This document shows positions 1 to 11,597 of a stretch of DNA of 64,000 nucleotides, piece after piece. The DNA is taken from assembly GCA_934163035.1 (NCBI GenBank), contig CAKPJX010000003.1, positions 3,992 through 67,991 on the forward strand, given 5' to 3'. How positions within the stretch are numbered: the stretch's first letter is position 1; the number at the start of each line of letters is the position of its first letter. Made by a program: the position numbers and the translations under genes. A model generated the notes under the pieces. That model worked only from the letters and a program-made list of their open reading frames with translations. It ran no database searches and was not told the origin of the DNA. The stretch comes from an uncultured Bacilli bacterium. Lineage in GTDB: Bacteria; Bacillota_I; Bacilli_A; RF39; UBA660.

Positions 1-2989
1 TCTTATATTTACCATGATCTTCTTTAATTTTTGAAACTGTACCATCAATCTCAGCAATAGTTGCTTTTGCTTTTGGATTACGAGCTTCAAATAATTCTTG
101 AACACGAGGAAGACCTTGAGTAATATCAGCATCACCACCGTGAGCAACTCCACCAGAGTGGAATGTACGCATTGTAAGCTGAGTACCAGGTTCACCGATT
201 GATTGAGCAGCCATAACACCAATAGCTTCACCAACTTCTACTAAGTTACCAGTAGCTAAGTTACGACCATAACATTTTTGACATACACCGTTAGGAGTAG
301 CACAAGTTAAAATAGTACGTATTTCAACTTCAGTTATACCAGCTGCTACAATTTTATCAGCTAAAGATTCAGTAATCATTTGTAATTTATCAACAATTAC
401 TTCTTTAGTTTCTGGATTAATAATCTTCTTATTAGCAAATCTACCAACAATACGATCATGTAAGCTTTCAATTACAGAACCTGTTTTTTCATTAATAAAT
501 GCATGAACAACAACACCTTGATCAGTACCACAGTCTTCTTCACGAACAATCATGTCTTGACTGACATCAACTAAACGACGAGTCAAGTACCCAGAATCTG
601 CAGTTTTTAAAGCTGTATCTGCTAAACCTTTACGAGTACCATGAGTAGATAAGAAGAATTCAGCAACTGACAAACCTTCGATAAAGTTTGAAAGAATTGG
701 AATTTCTACTGATGTACCATCTGGCTTAGCCATAATACCACGCATACCAGCAACTTGAGTAAAGTTTGAAATATTACCACGAGCCTTAGAGTTCATCATT
801 ATGAATATTGGATTATCAATATCGGTATGTGAAATAGTTTCAAGTTCAGCTTTTACTTGGTCAGTAGCATTATTCCAAGTACTAATAACGTTGTTATAAC
901 GTTCTTCATCAGTTATTAAACCTCTCTTATACTGTTTATTAATCTTATCAACAGTCTTTTGAGCTTCAGCAACAATTTCAGGTTTCTTCTGACTAGTTTC
1001 AACATCAGCCATACTAACAGTAATACCAGAGATAGTAGAATACTTAAATCCTAAATCTTTTAAACTATCAAGCATGATAGATGTTTCAGTCGTTTTATAG
1101 CGTTTAAATATTTGTGCAATAATTTTTTCAAGAGTTCCTTTAACAAAAGGATTAACTAAAGGCATCTCTTTAATAGCCTCAGGTATATTAACTCCTCTGT
1201 CTAAGAAATACTTATTAGGAGTAATACTAGAAATATTAGTATCAGTAGGTTCATTAATATAAGCAAATGAATCTGGTAAAATCTCATTAAACTTAATCTT
1301 TCCTACAGTAGTAACTAAATATTTACCCTTCTGACTCTCTGTAAATAATTTATGTTTAAATGAATCAACTGGAATAGCAATACGAGTATGTAATGTTATT
1401 TCACGTCTTTCATAAGCCATCAAAGCTTCATTAGTATTTTTAAATACTCTACCTTCACCATCTTCTCCAGCTTTTTCCATAGTTATATAGTAATTACCTA
1501 AAACCATGTCCTGACTTGGAGTAACAATAGGATCACCACTTGAAGGTTTTAAGATGTTGTTAGCACCTAACATTAATAATCTAGCTTCTGCTTGAGCCTC
1601 TTCTGATAATGGAACGTGAACAGCCATCTGGTCACCATCAAAGTCAGCGTTAAATGCTGGGCAAACTAATGGGTGTAGACGAATAGCCTTACCACCAACT
1701 AAAATTGGTTCAAATGCTTGAATACCAAGTCTATGTAGTGTAGGAGCTCTGTTTAACATAACAGGATGTTCTTTAATAACTTCCTCTACTATATCCCAAA
1801 CAACAGGATCTTGATTATCTATTAGTCTTTTTGCGGCCTTAATATTATGAGCTATATCTTTTTTTACTAAACCATTAATAACATGAGGTTTAAATAATTC
1901 AAGAGCCATCTCTTTAGGTATACCACATTGATACATTTTTAAACTTGGTCCAACAACTATAACAGAACGACCAGAATAATCAACACGTTTACCTAATAAG
2001 TTCTGACGGAAACGACCTTGTTTACCTTTTAACATACTAGATAAAGATTTTAAAGGTCTATTTCCAGCACCAGTTATACTTCTACCACGACGTCCATTAT
2101 CAAATAAAGCGTCAACTGCCTCTTGTAACATACGTTTTTCATTTTGAATAATGATACCAGGAGCTCCTAGATCTATAAGTTTCTTTAAACGATTATTACG
2201 ATTTATTACTCTTCTATATAAATCATTTAAGTCACTAGTAGCAAATCTTCCACCATCTAATTGAATCATCGGTCTAAGATCAGGTGGAATTACAGGGATA
2301 CAATCAAGTATCATCCACTCTGGCTTATTTCCAGATTTATAGAAAGCATCTAAGACATCCAAACGTTTTAATAACCTAGTTCTCTTTTGACCTTGAGCAG
2401 TCTCTAATTCACTAGTTATTTTATCTATATCAGCCTTTAAGTCAACCTTCTTTAGCAATTCCTTAATTGCTTCAGCTCCCATGCCAACTTTAAAGCCAGT
2501 ACCATATTTTTCATAATATGCACGATATTCTTTTTCAGAAAGTGTTTGCTTATTCTCTAAAGGAGCATTTCCTTTATCAACAACAACATAACTAACAAAG
2601 TATAAAACTTCTTCCAAATCTCTAGGACTCATATCAAGAACTAATCCCATACGAGAAGGGACACCTTTAAAGAACCAAATGTGAGATACAGGAGTCGCAA
2701 GTTCAATATGACCCATACGTTCACGACGAACCTTTGATCTTGTAACTTCAACTCCACATCTATCACATACTATATTTTTATAACGAACTCGCTTATACTT
2801 ACCACAAGCACATTCAAAATCTTTAGATGGTCCAAAAATCTTTTCACAGAACAAACCATCACGTTCTGGTCTAAGAGTACGATAATTAATAGTTTCAGGT
2901 TTTTTTACTTCACCATAAGACCATTCACGAATTCTTTCTGGAGAAGCTATACCTATTTTTAAAGCATCAAATTTATTAACTTCTATCAT
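1..2989 (-). CDS. rpoC: DNA-directed RNA polymerase subunit beta-prime, N-terminal ~996 codons (3' end runs off the window)
   Basis: Manual minus-strand translation from ATG at 2989-2987 gives [38 protein letters not shown]... The catalytic [12 protein letters not shown] motif is encoded near 1621-1660. The frame stays open to position 1. The start overlaps the rpoB stop (TAATG). Absent from the ORF track because no stop lies in the window. Confidence 0.95.
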   Translation of the reverse strand, partial: MIEVNKFDALKIGIASPERIREWSYGEVKKPETINYRTLRPERDGLFCEKIFGPSKDFECACGKYKRVRYKNIVCDRCGVEVTRSKVRRERMGHIELATPVSHIWFFKGVPSRMGLVLDMSPRDLEEVLYFVSYVVVDKGNAPLENKQTLSEKEYRAYYEKYGTGFKVGMGAEAIKELLKKVDLKADIDKITSELETAQGQKRTRLLKRLDVLDAFYKSGNKPEWMILDCIPVIPPDLRPMIQLDGGRFATSDLNDLYRRVINRNNRLKKLIDLGAPGIIIQNEKRMLQEAVDALFDNGRRGRSITGAGNRPLKSLSSMLKGKQGRFRQNLLGKRVDYSGRSVIVVGPSLKMYQCGIPKEMALELFKPHVINGLVKKDIAHNIKAAKRLIDNQDPVVWDIVEEVIKEHPVMLNRAPTLHRLGIQAFEPILVGGKAIRLHPLVCPAFNADFDGDQMAVHVPLSEEAQAEARLLMLGANNILKPSSGDPIVTPSQDMVLGNYYITMEKAGEDGEGRVFKNTNEALMAYERREITLHTRIAIPVDSFKHKLFTESQKGKYLVTTVGKIKFNEILPDSFAYINEPTDTNISSITPNKYFLDRGVNIPEAIKEMPLVNPFVKGTLEKIIAQIFKRYKTTETSIMLDSLKDLGFKYSTISGITVSMADVETSQKKPEIVAEAQKTVDKINKQYKRGLITDEERYNNVISTWNNATDQVKAELETISHTDIDNPIFIMMNSKARGNISNFTQVAGMRGIMAKPDGTSVEIPILSNFIEGLSVAEFFLSTHGTRKGLADTALKTADSGYLTRRLVDVSQDMIVREEDCGTDQGVVVHAFINEKTGSVIESLHDRIVGRFANKKIINPETKEVIVDKLQMITESLADKIVAAGITEVEIRTILTCATPNGVCQKCYGRNLATGNLVEVGEAIGVMAAQSIGEPGTQLTMRTFHSGGVAHGGDADITQGLPRVQELFEARNPKAKATIAEIDGTVSKIKEDHGKYK

Positions 2990-5900
2990 TAAATATCAGC
3001 TCCTTCCTCAAAACTATCTTCCATATCTTCAACAAACTCTTCGTCTAAGTCATTCATATCCTCGTCTTCATCCTCATCGATATCATCATCAACAAGTACA
3101 TCTTCATCAGTAGTAACAACATTCAAATCTTTTGTTAACTCTCTAGTTGGTGACTTTTCCAATTCATCAATAGATAAATTTAAATCTTCTCTATCTTCAG
3201 CATCTTCTATTTCTTTTAATTGTAATGTTTCACCTTCATCATTAATGATAGATATATCAAGACCTAGTGCTTGGAATTCTTTCATCAATACTCTGAATGA
3301 TTCAGGAACACCAGCTCTATTTATTTCTTGTCCCTTAATAATAGACTCATAAACTTTAACACGTCCTACAACATCATCAGATTTAACAGTTAAAATTTCT
3401 TGTAATGTATGTGCAGCACCATATGCATACAATGCCCAAACTTCCATTTCTCCAAATCTCTGTCCACCAAATTGAGCTTTTCCTCCAAGTGGTTGTTGAG
3501 TAACTAATGAATAAGGTCCAGTAGAACGAGCATGTAACTTATCATCAACCATGTGATGAAGTTTAATCATGTACATTACACCAACAGCAATTCTATGATC
3601 AAATGGTTCACCGGTACGTCCATCATAAAGAACTGTTTTACCATCTTCAGCCATTCCGGCTTCTTTCATCATTGCCTTTATATCATCTATATGTGCTCCG
3701 TCAAAAACTGGAGTAGCAATATGAACACCTAACTTCTTACAAGCCATACCCATATGGATTTCAAGAATCTGTCCAAAGTTCATACGAGAAGGAACACCCT
3801 GAGGGTTAAGCATAATATCAACAGGAGTACCATCTGGTAAGTATGGCATATCTTCTTGAGGAAGAATTAGAGAAATAACACCCTTATTACCATGACGTCC
3901 AGACATCTTATCTCCTACTTGTATCTTACGCTTTTGAATTATATATACACGAATAACTTTAGAAACACCAGCAGGTAATTCATCATTATCTTTTCTAGAA
4001 TAAATTTTAATATCATGAACAATTCCATCACCACCATGAGGAACGCGTAATGATGTATCACGAACTTCACGAGTTTTCTCACCAAATATTGCATGTAGCA
4101 ATTTTTCTTCAGAAGTAAGTTCTGCCATACCCTTAGGTGTAACTTTACCAACAAGGATATCACCTTCTTTAACTTCTGTACCAATAGCTACAATACCATT
4201 CTCATCCAAATTACGACGAGCTTCCTCACTTACATTTGGAATATCTCTAGTTATTTCTTCAGGTCCAAGTTTAGTTTCACGACATTGCATTTCATAATCT
4301 TCAAGATGTAGTGATGTATACTTATCATCTTTAACTAAGTTTTCATTTAAGATAACAGCATCTTCATAGTTATATCCATTAAATGTCATGAAGGCAACTG
4401 TCATATTTTTACCTAATGCTAATTCACCCATATCAGTAGAATTACCATCTGCTAAAATAGTTTTACCAGCTACAACTTTATCACCAGGATGAACAATAGG
4501 TCTTTGATGAGAACAAATACTAGAGTTTGCAAGTTCAAAGTTAGCTAAAGTATATGTATCTTTTCCTTCCTTTGTCTTAACAATAATTTTCTTAGCATCC
4601 GCATATTCAACAATACCATCACCCTTAGCAATTACCTCAACACCAGAATCCTTTGCTGCTATAAACTCAACACCTGTACCAACATATGGAGCTTCTGTCT
4701 TAATTAAAGGCATAGCTTGACGTTGCATGTTCGCTCCCATTGAAGCACGAGTAGCATCATCATGCTCTAGGAATGGAATACAACTAGTAGTAACAGAAAC
4801 AACCTGTTGAGGAGATACGTCAATATAATCAACTTGTTCAGGTTTAGCTAAAATATTTTCTCCACGGAAACGAGCATTTACAAACTCATCTGTAATTGTA
4901 TTATCTTCATCAGTTCCAACAGTTGATTGTGAAATAATATAATCTAATTCTTCATCAGCTGTTAAATAACATACTTCATCAGTAATATGACAATTATTAA
5001 CTTTTCTATAAGGAGTCATTATAAATCCATAATCATCAATTTTAGCATAACTTGCTAATGATGTAATAAGTCCGATGTTAGGTCCTTCTGGAGACTCAAT
5101 TGGACAAATACGACCATAGTGTGAAGAGTTAACGTCACGAACTTCAACACCAGCTCTATCACGAGAAAGACCACCAGGTCCTAATGCAGATAAACGACGT
5201 TTATTAGTAAGTTCTGCAATTGGATTTGTTTGATCCATGAATTGTGAAAGTTGACTGCTTCCAAAGAATTCTTTCATAGCAGCGGTAACTGGTCTAATAT
5301 TTATAAGAGTCTTAGGAGTAACTTCTTCCATTTCTTGAGTAGTCATTCTTTCTCTAATAACTCTCTCCATTCTAGAAACACCAATTCTAAATTGATTCTG
5401 TAAAAGTTCTCCAACTTGACGAATACGTCTATTACCTAAATGATCGATTTCATCAAAGTTTCCTACTCCACCTAATAAATTCAAATAATATGAAACAGAA
5501 GCAAAAACATCAGAAATAGTTAATCTCTTAACATTAATTGATTGATCATTACCGATAACAGAAATAGTCTTCTTTTTATCAGCAGGATCATATATTTTAA
5601 CTATTTGTACTTTATTATATTGATCTAATTCTTCATTAACTTTAACTTCACAAACACCAAAACCTTTAGAAAGAGCTTCCTTCAATTTAGGTAAGTTTGC
5701 CTTAGTTATAACATCACCCTTAGAGAAAACAACATTACCATCAACTATAATATCTTCAGCTAATGTTTGATCTAATAATCTATCAGCAACATTTAATTTA
5801 CGATTAAATTTATATCTACCAACTTTAGCTAAATCATATCTAAACTCATCGAAGAAACGAGTAATAATTTGGTTCTTTGATGAATCCAAAGTAGCAGGCT

Positions 5901-6630
5901 CACCAGGTCTTAATTTTTCATAAATTTCAATTAATGCCTCATCTGTATTCTTAGTAGAATCCTTTGCTATTGTATTTTTTAAATAGAAGTTATCACCAAA
6001 CATACCTAAAATATCTTCATCGCTAGATAAACCAAAAGCTCTAAGTAAAGTAGTTAAAGTAACTTTTCTTGTTCTATCTATACGAACATATAAAACATCT
6101 CTCGCATCTGATTCAAATTCTAACCAAGTACCACGAGTAGGTATAATTTGTGAAGTAATTAATTCACGTCCATTTTTATCTATTTCTCTATTGAAATAAA
6201 CACTAGGAGAACGTACAAGTTGAGAAACAATTACACGTTCAGCACCATTAATAACAAAAGTACCACTTTCAGTCATTATAGGCATATCACCCATAAATAT
6301 TTCTTGTTCTTTAACTTCACCAGTTTCCTGATTAAATAGACGAACTTCAACTCTTAAAGGAGCAGAATAAGTAGTTTCTCTATTCTTACTTTCTCTAATA
6401 GAATATCTTGGTTCATCAAAATGATAATCACCAAACTCAACTCTTAAAGTACCAGAAAAATTTTCAACAGGCGAAAAATCCTGTAGAACTTCCTTAATTC
6501 CAGTTTCAATAAACCAATTATATGATTTCTTTTGAATTTCTAGTAAATCTTTAAGTTCATATGAACTTCTGATTCTTGAGAAATTTCTTCTTTGTCGATG
6601 ATCACCACAATTAACTAATTTAAATGACAC
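2989..6630 (-). CDS. rpoB: DNA-directed RNA polymerase subunit beta
   Basis: ORF track 2989..6651. RpoB hallmarks are present ([34 protein letters not shown]). The likely true start is GTG at 6630, with GGTGGGGTG 6-7 nt upstream; the ATG at 6651 has no Shine-Dalgarno. The C-terminal tail is long and acidic. Confidence 0.95.
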   Translation of the reverse strand: MSFKLVNCGDHRQRRNFSRIRSSYELKDLLEIQKKSYNWFIETGIKEVLQDFSPVENFSGTLRVEFGDYHFDEPRYSIRESKNRETTYSAPLRVEVRLFNQETGEVKEQEIFMGDMPIMTESGTFVINGAERVIVSQLVRSPSVYFNREIDKNGRELITSQIIPTRGTWLEFESDARDVLYVRIDRTRKVTLTTLLRAFGLSSDEDILGMFGDNFYLKNTIAKDSTKNTDEALIEIYEKLRPGEPATLDSSKNQIITRFFDEFRYDLAKVGRYKFNRKLNVADRLLDQTLAEDIIVDGNVVFSKGDVITKANLPKLKEALSKGFGVCEVKVNEELDQYNKVQIVKIYDPADKKKTISVIGNDQSINVKRLTISDVFASVSYYLNLLGGVGNFDEIDHLGNRRIRQVGELLQNQFRIGVSRMERVIRERMTTQEMEEVTPKTLINIRPVTAAMKEFFGSSQLSQFMDQTNPIAELTNKRRLSALGPGGLSRDRAGVEVRDVNSSHYGRICPIESPEGPNIGLITSLASYAKIDDYGFIMTPYRKVNNCHITDEVCYLTADEELDYIISQSTVGTDEDNTITDEFVNARFRGENILAKPEQVDYIDVSPQQVVSVTTSCIPFLEHDDATRASMGANMQRQAMPLIKTEAPYVGTGVEFIAAKDSGVEVIAKGDGIVEYADAKKIIVKTKEGKDTYTLANFELANSSICSHQRPIVHPGDKVVAGKTILADGNSTDMGELALGKNMTVAFMTFNGYNYEDAVILNENLVKDDKYTSLHLEDYEMQCRETKLGPEEITRDIPNVSEEARRNLDENGIVAIGTEVKEGDILVGKVTPKGMAELTSEEKLLHAIFGEKTREVRDTSLRVPHGGDGIVHDIKIYSRKDNDELPAGVSKVIRVYIIQKRKIQVGDKMSGRHGNKGVISLILPQEDMPYLPDGTPVDIMLNPQGVPSRMNFGQILEIHMGMACKKLGVHIATPVFDGAHIDDIKAMMKEAGMAEDGKTVLYDGRTGEPFDHRIAVGVMYMIKLHHMVDDKLHARSTGPYSLVTQQPLGGKAQFGGQRFGEMEVWALYAYGAAHTLQEILTVKSDDVVGRVKVYESIIKGQEINRAGVPESFRVLMKEFQALGLDISIINDEGETLQLKEIEDAEDREDLNLSIDELEKSPTRELTKDLNVVTTDEDVLVDDDIDEDEDEDMNDLDEEFVEDMEDSFEEGADI

Positions 6631-6672
6631 TAAATTCACCCCACCTATCATAATTTTTAAAGGAAAATATAA

Positions 6673-7257
6673 CTAAACAGTACACTTAATTATAAAATAT
6701 CCCTTACTTTTTGCCAATATATCTACAGTATATAATTTTTTTAAGTCGACAATTAGCGATTTTGCACCCTGTTCTTTTCTAACTACCAAAAAAAGATGAC
6801 CATTACTTTCTAAGTAATTTTTTGCATTCATCACTATATCATAAACGACTTTTTTACCAGCCCTAATTGGAGGGTTAGTAATAATTGAATTGTATTTACC
6901 ATTAACGTTTTCATAACAGTTACTATAAAAAATATTAACATTAGAAACATGATTTTCATTTACATTCATCTCAGCTAAATGCAAAGCTCTATAGTTGACA
7001 TCAACCATATCCACTAATGCCCCAGTAACCTTTCCAACAACAATGCCAAATACTCCATATCCACATCCCATATCAAGAATTTTGCCTCCAACTTCTTCTG
7101 TCGGGATTGATTCAAGAAGAAGTCTACTGCCAAAATCCAAACCGTTCTTAGAAAACACACCATTATCAGTTAAAAAAACAAACTTTTGTCCTAAAACAAA
7201 GCACTCTGTTTTCTTAATATTACTAGGTAATTTGTCGTTTGAAAAATACTGTCCCAT
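6673..7257 (-). CDS. Class I SAM-dependent methyltransferase, RsmC/YbxB-like (rRNA small-domain methyltransferase)
   Basis: ORF track. Contains the SAM motif LDMGCGYGV and the NPP-type motif ITNPPIRAGK. It occupies the B. subtilis ybxB slot between rplL and rpoB. ATG at 7257 is preceded by AAAGGTGAG; the upstream extension in the track begins inside that SD. Confidence 0.75.
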   Translation of the reverse strand: MGQYFSNDKLPSNIKKTECFVLGQKFVFLTDNGVFSKNGLDFGSRLLLESIPTEEVGGKILDMGCGYGVFGIVVGKVTGALVDMVDVNYRALHLAEMNVNENHVSNVNIFYSNCYENVNGKYNSIITNPPIRAGKKVVYDIVMNAKNYLESNGHLFLVVRKEQGAKSLIVDLKKLYTVDILAKSKGYFIIKCTV

Positions 7258-7331
7258 GATACTCACCTTTTGACAAAAAAAGAAGGAGAAAACCATATAT
7301 AAAATACTTAGTTTTCTCCCTTTCGAAACAT

Positions 7332-7360
7332 ATATTACAACAAAAAGAAATTTATGTCAA
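7332..7360 (-). promoter_or_regulatory. Sigma-A-type promoter for the methyltransferase-rpoB-rpoC unit
   Basis: The minus strand reads TTGACA-17 nt-TAATAT, located between the rplL terminator and the methyltransferase start. Confidence 0.5.
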
Positions 7361-7411
7361 ACATTTTTATATTTTTTTACAATTTTTTACACAATTTTTA
7401 ACAACATAAAT

Positions 7412-7439
7412 AAAAAAACTGGAAATTAATTATTTCCAG
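7412..7439 (-). terminator. Rho-independent terminator after rplL
   Basis: The minus strand reads CTGGAAAT-aatta-ATTTCCAG followed by TTTTTTTATTT. Confidence 0.7.
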
Positions 7440-7455
7440 TAAGAATCTTATAAAA

Positions 7456-7824
7456 CTATTTTACTTCAACAGTAGCTCCAGCTTCTTCTAACTTAGCTTT
7501 AATTTCATCAGCTTCAGCTTTAGCAATGTTTTCCTTAACAACACCGTTTGAATCAACGATATCTTTAGATTCTTTTAATCCTAAACCAGTAATTTCTTTA
7601 ACAACTTTAATAACAGCAACTTTAGCAGCTCCAGCATCAGCTATTGAAACAGTAACTGTACTTGGGCCTTCATCAGCAGCAGCTCCAGCAGCAGGTGCAG
7701 CAACTGCAACAGCAGATGGATCAACACCAAACTCTTCTTTCATTGCATCTACTAATTCCTTAATTTCTAATAAAGTCATTTCTTTTAAACTACTGATAAA
7801 TTCATCTCTTGTTAATTTAGCCAT
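7456..7824 (-). CDS. rplL: 50S ribosomal protein L7/L12
   Basis: ORF track. Ala-rich hinge and C-terminal ...KEAKDIV...[17 protein letters not shown] is AGGAGG. Confidence 0.97.
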   Translation of the reverse strand: MAKLTRDEFISSLKEMTLLEIKELVDAMKEEFGVDPSAVAVAAPAAGAAADEGPSTVTVSIADAGAAKVAVIKVVKEITGLGLKESKDIVDSNGVVKENIAKAEADEIKAKLEEAGATVEVK

Positions 7825-7845
7825 TTTTCTTTCCTCCTATTTAAA

Positions 7846-8340
7846 TTAATTTTCTTCTTTTTGCTGACTATATAAGTCTAAGCAAATTGATAAATCTCTA
7901 GCAATTCCAATCATACCGCCAGCCAACATAGTAAGTAAGCCTTCTCTTGAAGGAATAGTTGCATATTCAGCTAATTTAGCCTTATCTGCAGTTTCACCAT
8001 CAATGATACCAACTTTTAAAACTAATGCTGGGTGACTATCAGCAAACTCAGATAAAACCTTAACTGGTGCTACCTGATCCTCACCAAATGCAAAAGCACT
8101 AGGTCCATTTAAGTATTCATTAAGATCAATACCCAAATCATTGAAAGCTCTAGCCATCAAGGTATTTTTATAAACCTTATAATCTGAGTTAGTCTCTCTT
8201 AACTTACAACGTAATTCTTTAGCTTCAGCATCTGTTATACCACGATAGTCAAATAAAACTATAGAATTAGCAGACTTAATACGATCTGTTATTTCATCAA
8301 TAACTATTTGCTTTTGTTTTAAGTTTGCTTCACTTGCCAT
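7846..8340 (-). CDS. rplJ: 50S ribosomal protein L10
   Basis: ORF track. L10-like sequence, located upstream of rplL. RBS is GGGAGGTG. Confidence 0.96.
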   Translation of the reverse strand: MASEANLKQKQIVIDEITDRIKSANSIVLFDYRGITDAEAKELRCKLRETNSDYKVYKNTLMARAFNDLGIDLNEYLNGPSAFAFGEDQVAPVKVLSEFADSHPALVLKVGIIDGETADKAKLAEYATIPSREGLLTMLAGGMIGIARDLSICLDLYSQQKEEN

Positions 8341-8495
8341 AAATTCACCTCCCTAATATATTTATACATGCCATATAAAAAGTTCCAAACACCTGTGCCT
8401 GGAACTTTAACATACTAACTAAGTCCTCGGTAGGATTTATTTGTATACCTACTGTCTATGGCACTGCAATCGAATTTATTATAATCTACAAAATC
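8341..8495 (-). promoter_or_regulatory. rplJ (L10) leader with attenuator-like hairpin
   Basis: A 155-nt untranslated gap lies between rplA and rplJ. The minus strand contains GTTCCAggcacaggtgtTTGGAAC followed by TTTTTAT (about 8376-8405) and an upstream GGTAGG...CCTACC hairpin. Position and architecture fit the Firmicute L10-leader autoregulatory RNA. I could not run a covariance-model match. Confidence 0.5.
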
Positions 8496-9191
8496 CTATT
8501 TGTCAAAACTATTTTCAACTTTTATTCCAGGACCCATAGTAGATGAGATTGAAATATTCTTAACATAATCACCCTTAACACTTGCAGGTCTAAGTTTAAT
8601 TATGTTAGAAACAAATGCATTTAGGTTTAGAAGTAAATCTTCATCACTAAATGAAGTTTTCCCAATAACACCATGAATATTTCCAAAACTATCAGTTCTA
8701 TATTCAACACGTCCAGCTTTAACTTCATTAACAGCCTTTGCAACATCAACTGTAACAGTTCCTGTTTTAGGATTTGGCATTAAACCTTTAGGTCCTAAAA
8801 TCTTTCCTAATTTACCAAGTAATGGCATCATATCAGGAGTTGCTATCATTGTATCAAAATCAAACCAATTGTCTTTCTCAATTTTCTCTAACATATCAAC
8901 ATCGCCAACATAATCAGCACCAGCTTCTCTAGCTTGATTAGCCTTATCACCTTTAGCGATTACTAAAACTCTATTAGTCTTTCCAGTACCCTTAGGTAAA
9001 ACTATAGCACCTCTTAATTGTTGATCAGCTTTCTTAGTATCTAAGTTTAATCGCATAGCAACTTCAACAGATGCATCAAATGAACTAATAGAAGTTTCTT
9101 TAACTAACTTAATAGCTTCTTCTTTTGAGTATACTTTATTCTTCTCTAATTTAGAAACAGCTTCTGTATACTTTTTTCCTCTTTTTTTCAT
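8496..9191 (-). CDS. rplA: 50S ribosomal protein L1
   Basis: ORF track. L1-like sequence; rplK-rplA synteny. Confidence 0.97.
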   Translation of the reverse strand: MKKRGKKYTEAVSKLEKNKVYSKEEAIKLVKETSISSFDASVEVAMRLNLDTKKADQQLRGAIVLPKGTGKTNRVLVIAKGDKANQAREAGADYVGDVDMLEKIEKDNWFDFDTMIATPDMMPLLGKLGKILGPKGLMPNPKTGTVTVDVAKAVNEVKAGRVEYRTDSFGNIHGVIGKTSFSDEDLLLNLNAFVSNIIKLRPASVKGDYVKNISISSTMGPGIKVENSFDK

Positions 9192-9271
9192 TTCTATTCC
9201 TCCTTATGTGGTAAAAGCGGATTAATTAAATTCCTTCCACGTAGGTAAAACCTATATGACTATAAATTTAT

Positions 9272-9703
9272 TTATTCATTACCTTCAATAGCAATTCCCA
9301 TATTCTTAGCTGTTCCAGCAACAATATCCATTGCTTCATCTACTGTATAAGCATTTAAATCAGGTAGCTTAATATTAGCAATTTCTTTTAATTGTTCCTT
9401 AGTAATAGTAGCAACAACTTCTTTAGATCCTTTAACAGAACCCTTAGTAATCTTTGCATACTTTTTCAATAAGAAACTTGTTGGTGGAGTTTTAATAACA
9501 AAATCAAAGCTCCTATCATCATATATTGAAATCTCAACAGGTAAAACGTCACCCATTTTATCTCTAGTAGCATCATTGTACTTAGTACAAAAATCTTGAA
9601 GATTAATACCAGCTGGTCCTAACACAGTTCCTACTGGTGGAGCTGGTGTAGCCTTTCCTGCTTGAATTTGTAGTTTAATTTTCTTAATTGCTTCCTTTGC
9701 CAC
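9272..9703 (-). CDS. rplK: 50S ribosomal protein L11
   Basis: ORF track 9272..9712. Contains the L11 motif GKATPAPPVGTVLGPAGIN. The likely start is GTG at 9703, 6 nt after AGGAGGTG; the track start codon lies inside the SD. Confidence 0.96.
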   Translation of the reverse strand: MAKEAIKKIKLQIQAGKATPAPPVGTVLGPAGINLQDFCTKYNDATRDKMGDVLPVEISIYDDRSFDFVIKTPPTSFLLKKYAKITKGSVKGSKEVVATITKEQLKEIANIKLPDLNAYTVDEAMDIVAGTAKNMGIAIEGNE

Positions 9704-9857
9704 GAAAAACACCTCCTATATAATTTTAGTTTTCGCGAGTGGTCCAAATAGCTTGATTCCCGCTTTTAATAAATGCAAACCATGCTTCCCACTAAATCTA
9801 TATTAACTAAATATAGCCATTAAATAATAACATAAAGTTATCCTATTTGCAAGAATA

Positions 9858-10391
9858 TTATGCATTTTCTATTTGATTTAGTTCAACTTCAACTGAAGTT
9901 TCTTGTCCAAATAGGTCAACATTAAGCATAACTTTTTGATTAGGTAAATCAACTGATTCAACCTTACCAAACATTCCACTAAATGGACCACTAATAATTT
10001 TAACTTTTGATCCAGGTTCAAGTTCAGTCTCAACATTGATTCTACTAATTCCCATATTACCAAGGATTTTATCTACTTCATATGGTTGTAAAGGAGTTGG
10101 TTTTGCTCCCTTACCACTCGATCCTATAAATCCTGTTACTCCAGGAGTATTACGAACTACATACCAAGCTTCATCTGTCATAACCATTTCAACTAAAATA
10201 TAACCAGGAAACATCTTTTTAACTCTTTCCTTAGTAACTCCATCTTTTACTTCTACTACCTTTTCCTCTGGAATAACAACCCTAAAAATATAGTCTTGCA
10301 TATCCATGGATTCAGCTCTCATTTCTAATTTTTCTTTAACCTTGTTCTCATGACCAGAATAAGTGTTAACTACATACCATTGCTTTTCCAT
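9858..10391 (-). CDS. nusG: Transcription termination/antitermination factor NusG
   Basis: ORF track. WYVVNTYSGHENKV N-terminus and a C-terminal KOW region; secE-nusG-rplK synteny. Confidence 0.95.
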   Translation of the reverse strand: MEKQWYVVNTYSGHENKVKEKLEMRAESMDMQDYIFRVVIPEEKVVEVKDGVTKERVKKMFPGYILVEMVMTDEAWYVVRNTPGVTGFIGSSGKGAKPTPLQPYEVDKILGNMGISRINVETELEPGSKVKIISGPFSGMFGKVESVDLPNQKVMLNVDLFGQETSVEVELNQIENA

Positions 10392-10403
10392 AAATTAACT
10401 CCT

Positions 10404-10730
10404 TTAACTAAATAATGATTGAACTAATGCAAAAAGAACATCAATCAAGTAAAAGAATAAAGAACAAAAGACAATAAAACATATTGTAGCAACAGAATAC
10501 TTAAACATATCAGACTTGCTTGTCCAATGAACCTTTTTAGTCTCATCACCTACGCCATTACAAAATATTCTAAATTTTGCCCATAAACTTTTCTTAGATT
10601 TTGAGGAATTATCTTTCTTAGGTTTGCTTTTAGTAACCTTCTTCTTATTAGGTTCCTTTTTATTCTTCTTAACATCAATATCTTCCAGTCTATATTTTTC
10701 AACTTTTTCCCTTTTTCTAACTTCAGCCAT
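10404..10730 (-). CDS. secE: Preprotein translocase subunit SecE with a lysine-rich N-terminal extension
   Basis: ORF track. The C-terminal ~55 aa are SecE-like (VHWTSKSDMFKYSVATICFIVFCSLFFYLID). It is preceded by a ~50-aa K/E-rich segment. RBS is AAAGGAG. Located upstream of nusG. Confidence 0.8.
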   Translation of the reverse strand: MAEVRKREKVEKYRLEDIDVKKNKKEPNKKKVTKSKPKKDNSSKSKKSLWAKFRIFCNGVGDETKKVHWTSKSDMFKYSVATICFIVFCSLFFYLIDVLFALVQSLFS

Positions 10731-10784
10731 AAATGATCATGCTCCTTTTAATCAAAATAAAAACACTTCCTTGTGTTCACCTCT

Positions 10785-10813
10785 AAAGTAGCATAAATAA
10801 AAGGAAATGTCAA
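10785..10813 (-). promoter_or_regulatory. Candidate extended -10 promoter for secE-nusG
   Basis: The minus strand reads TTGACA-17 nt-TACTTT, with TG one base upstream of the -10. It shares the AAAATGTTTGACAT module with the promoter at 7332-7360. Confidence 0.35.
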
Positions 10814-10819
10814 ACATTT

Positions 10820-11548
10820 TTAAGAAATATGTAGTAACCATGCCAAAACAGTAAAAATAATACCAAAAGCCGATACAAAAAGTGGTATTAATAAGAAGCT
10901 AACAAAGGCTGCATCTTTTGTCTTATTAAGATCATATATAGAACTATATTGATCATCACTCAAAATACTTTTACCATTACTTTTGGACAACATTTTATTG
11001 CCTTTACTGCTAGATTGCCCCATATTACTAATATTTGAAGATTGATTATTATTACCATCTAAATTAGCACCTAAAGCAGATAATTCTCTATTTCTTAATT
11101 CATTACAAAAATCAACTAAATAAACATTAGCACCTCTTTGAACAACACCTTTATAGTAAGGTATATCCGTACTTGGTAAAAAGGTAGAAAATTCATCAAA
11201 ATTATCAACCAAAAAATCTCTTTTTAAATAAGGTAAACAATCAGTATAAATACCAATTTGTAAAAAAGCAGTATCAAAAATATTTTGTCTAACTATATCA
11301 GTTTTAGTTTTATAATCATCAGGCATAGTATCAAGTTCATTAAATCTTACTCGAGAATACGTCCCATCTAAAACATCAATATTAGCAGGTAAAAACGAAG
11401 AGACATAATATCCTCTATTATGTATATATTTTAAAGATGAAGACATACTAATAAATAAATTACGCCTTTTTTCAGTATCACCATTAAATTGTAACCATTC
11501 ATCTAAGCTAATGACATTATCAGCATTCGATTTACCTATACCAAACAC
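10820..11548 (-). CDS. Hypothetical tail-anchored membrane protein with a degenerate kinase-like segment
   Basis: ORF track. GTG start with AGGTGA 6 nt upstream. A single C-terminal TM (FVSFLLIPLFVSAFGIIFTVLAWLL). An internal N/S/Q-rich linker. The segment LKYIHNRGYYVSSFLPANIDVL resembles a protein-kinase catalytic loop that lacks HRD. Confidence 0.6.
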   Translation of the reverse strand: MFGIGKSNADNVISLDEWLQFNGDTEKRRNLFISMSSSLKYIHNRGYYVSSFLPANIDVLDGTYSRVRFNELDTMPDDYKTKTDIVRQNIFDTAFLQIGIYTDCLPYLKRDFLVDNFDEFSTFLPSTDIPYYKGVVQRGANVYLVDFCNELRNRELSALGANLDGNNNQSSNISNMGQSSSKGNKMLSKSNGKSILSDDQYSSIYDLNKTKDAAFVSFLLIPLFVSAFGIIFTVLAWLLHIS

Positions 11549-11597
11549 GACTCATCACCTATTATTAGTTTAAAACATATTTAAAAAAATTACAACA

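Noticed and set aside
3939-4184. Many short ORFs in the track lie inside or antisense to long conserved genes. Examples: 3939..4184, 6995..7273, 7526..7849, 9878..10063, 14883..15149, 15351..15539, 16614..16835, 18266..18823, 19584..19817, 21535..21905, 25761..25955, 26251..26688, 29244..29471, 29916..30296, 33394..33612, 34334..34558, 37845..38054, 38199..38429, 40411..40614, 41435..41656, 42543..42746, 43793..44107, 48871..49098, 49914..50117, 52691..53026, 53044..53238, 54094..54351, 54677..54892, 56195..56491, 57576..57809, 58922..59176, 59795..59977, 60179..60451, 60830..61060, 61656..61853, 62161..62433, 63064..63315.
   Set aside because: They overlap well-supported housekeeping genes, lack Shine-Dalgarno sequences and have low-complexity, AT-codon-driven compositions. 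They are shadow ORFs expected in AT-rich DNA.
9192-9271. A possible L1-binding autoregulatory structure in the rplK-rplA and nusG-rplK intergenic regions (9704-9857).
   Set aside because: I could not fold a convincing L1-stalk mimic by eye. It needs a covariance-model search and is not reported as a feature.
10731-10819. An expected rpmG (L33) gene upstream of secE.
   Set aside because: The gap is only 89 bp and contains no ~50-codon ORF in any frame. It holds promoter-like sequence instead.
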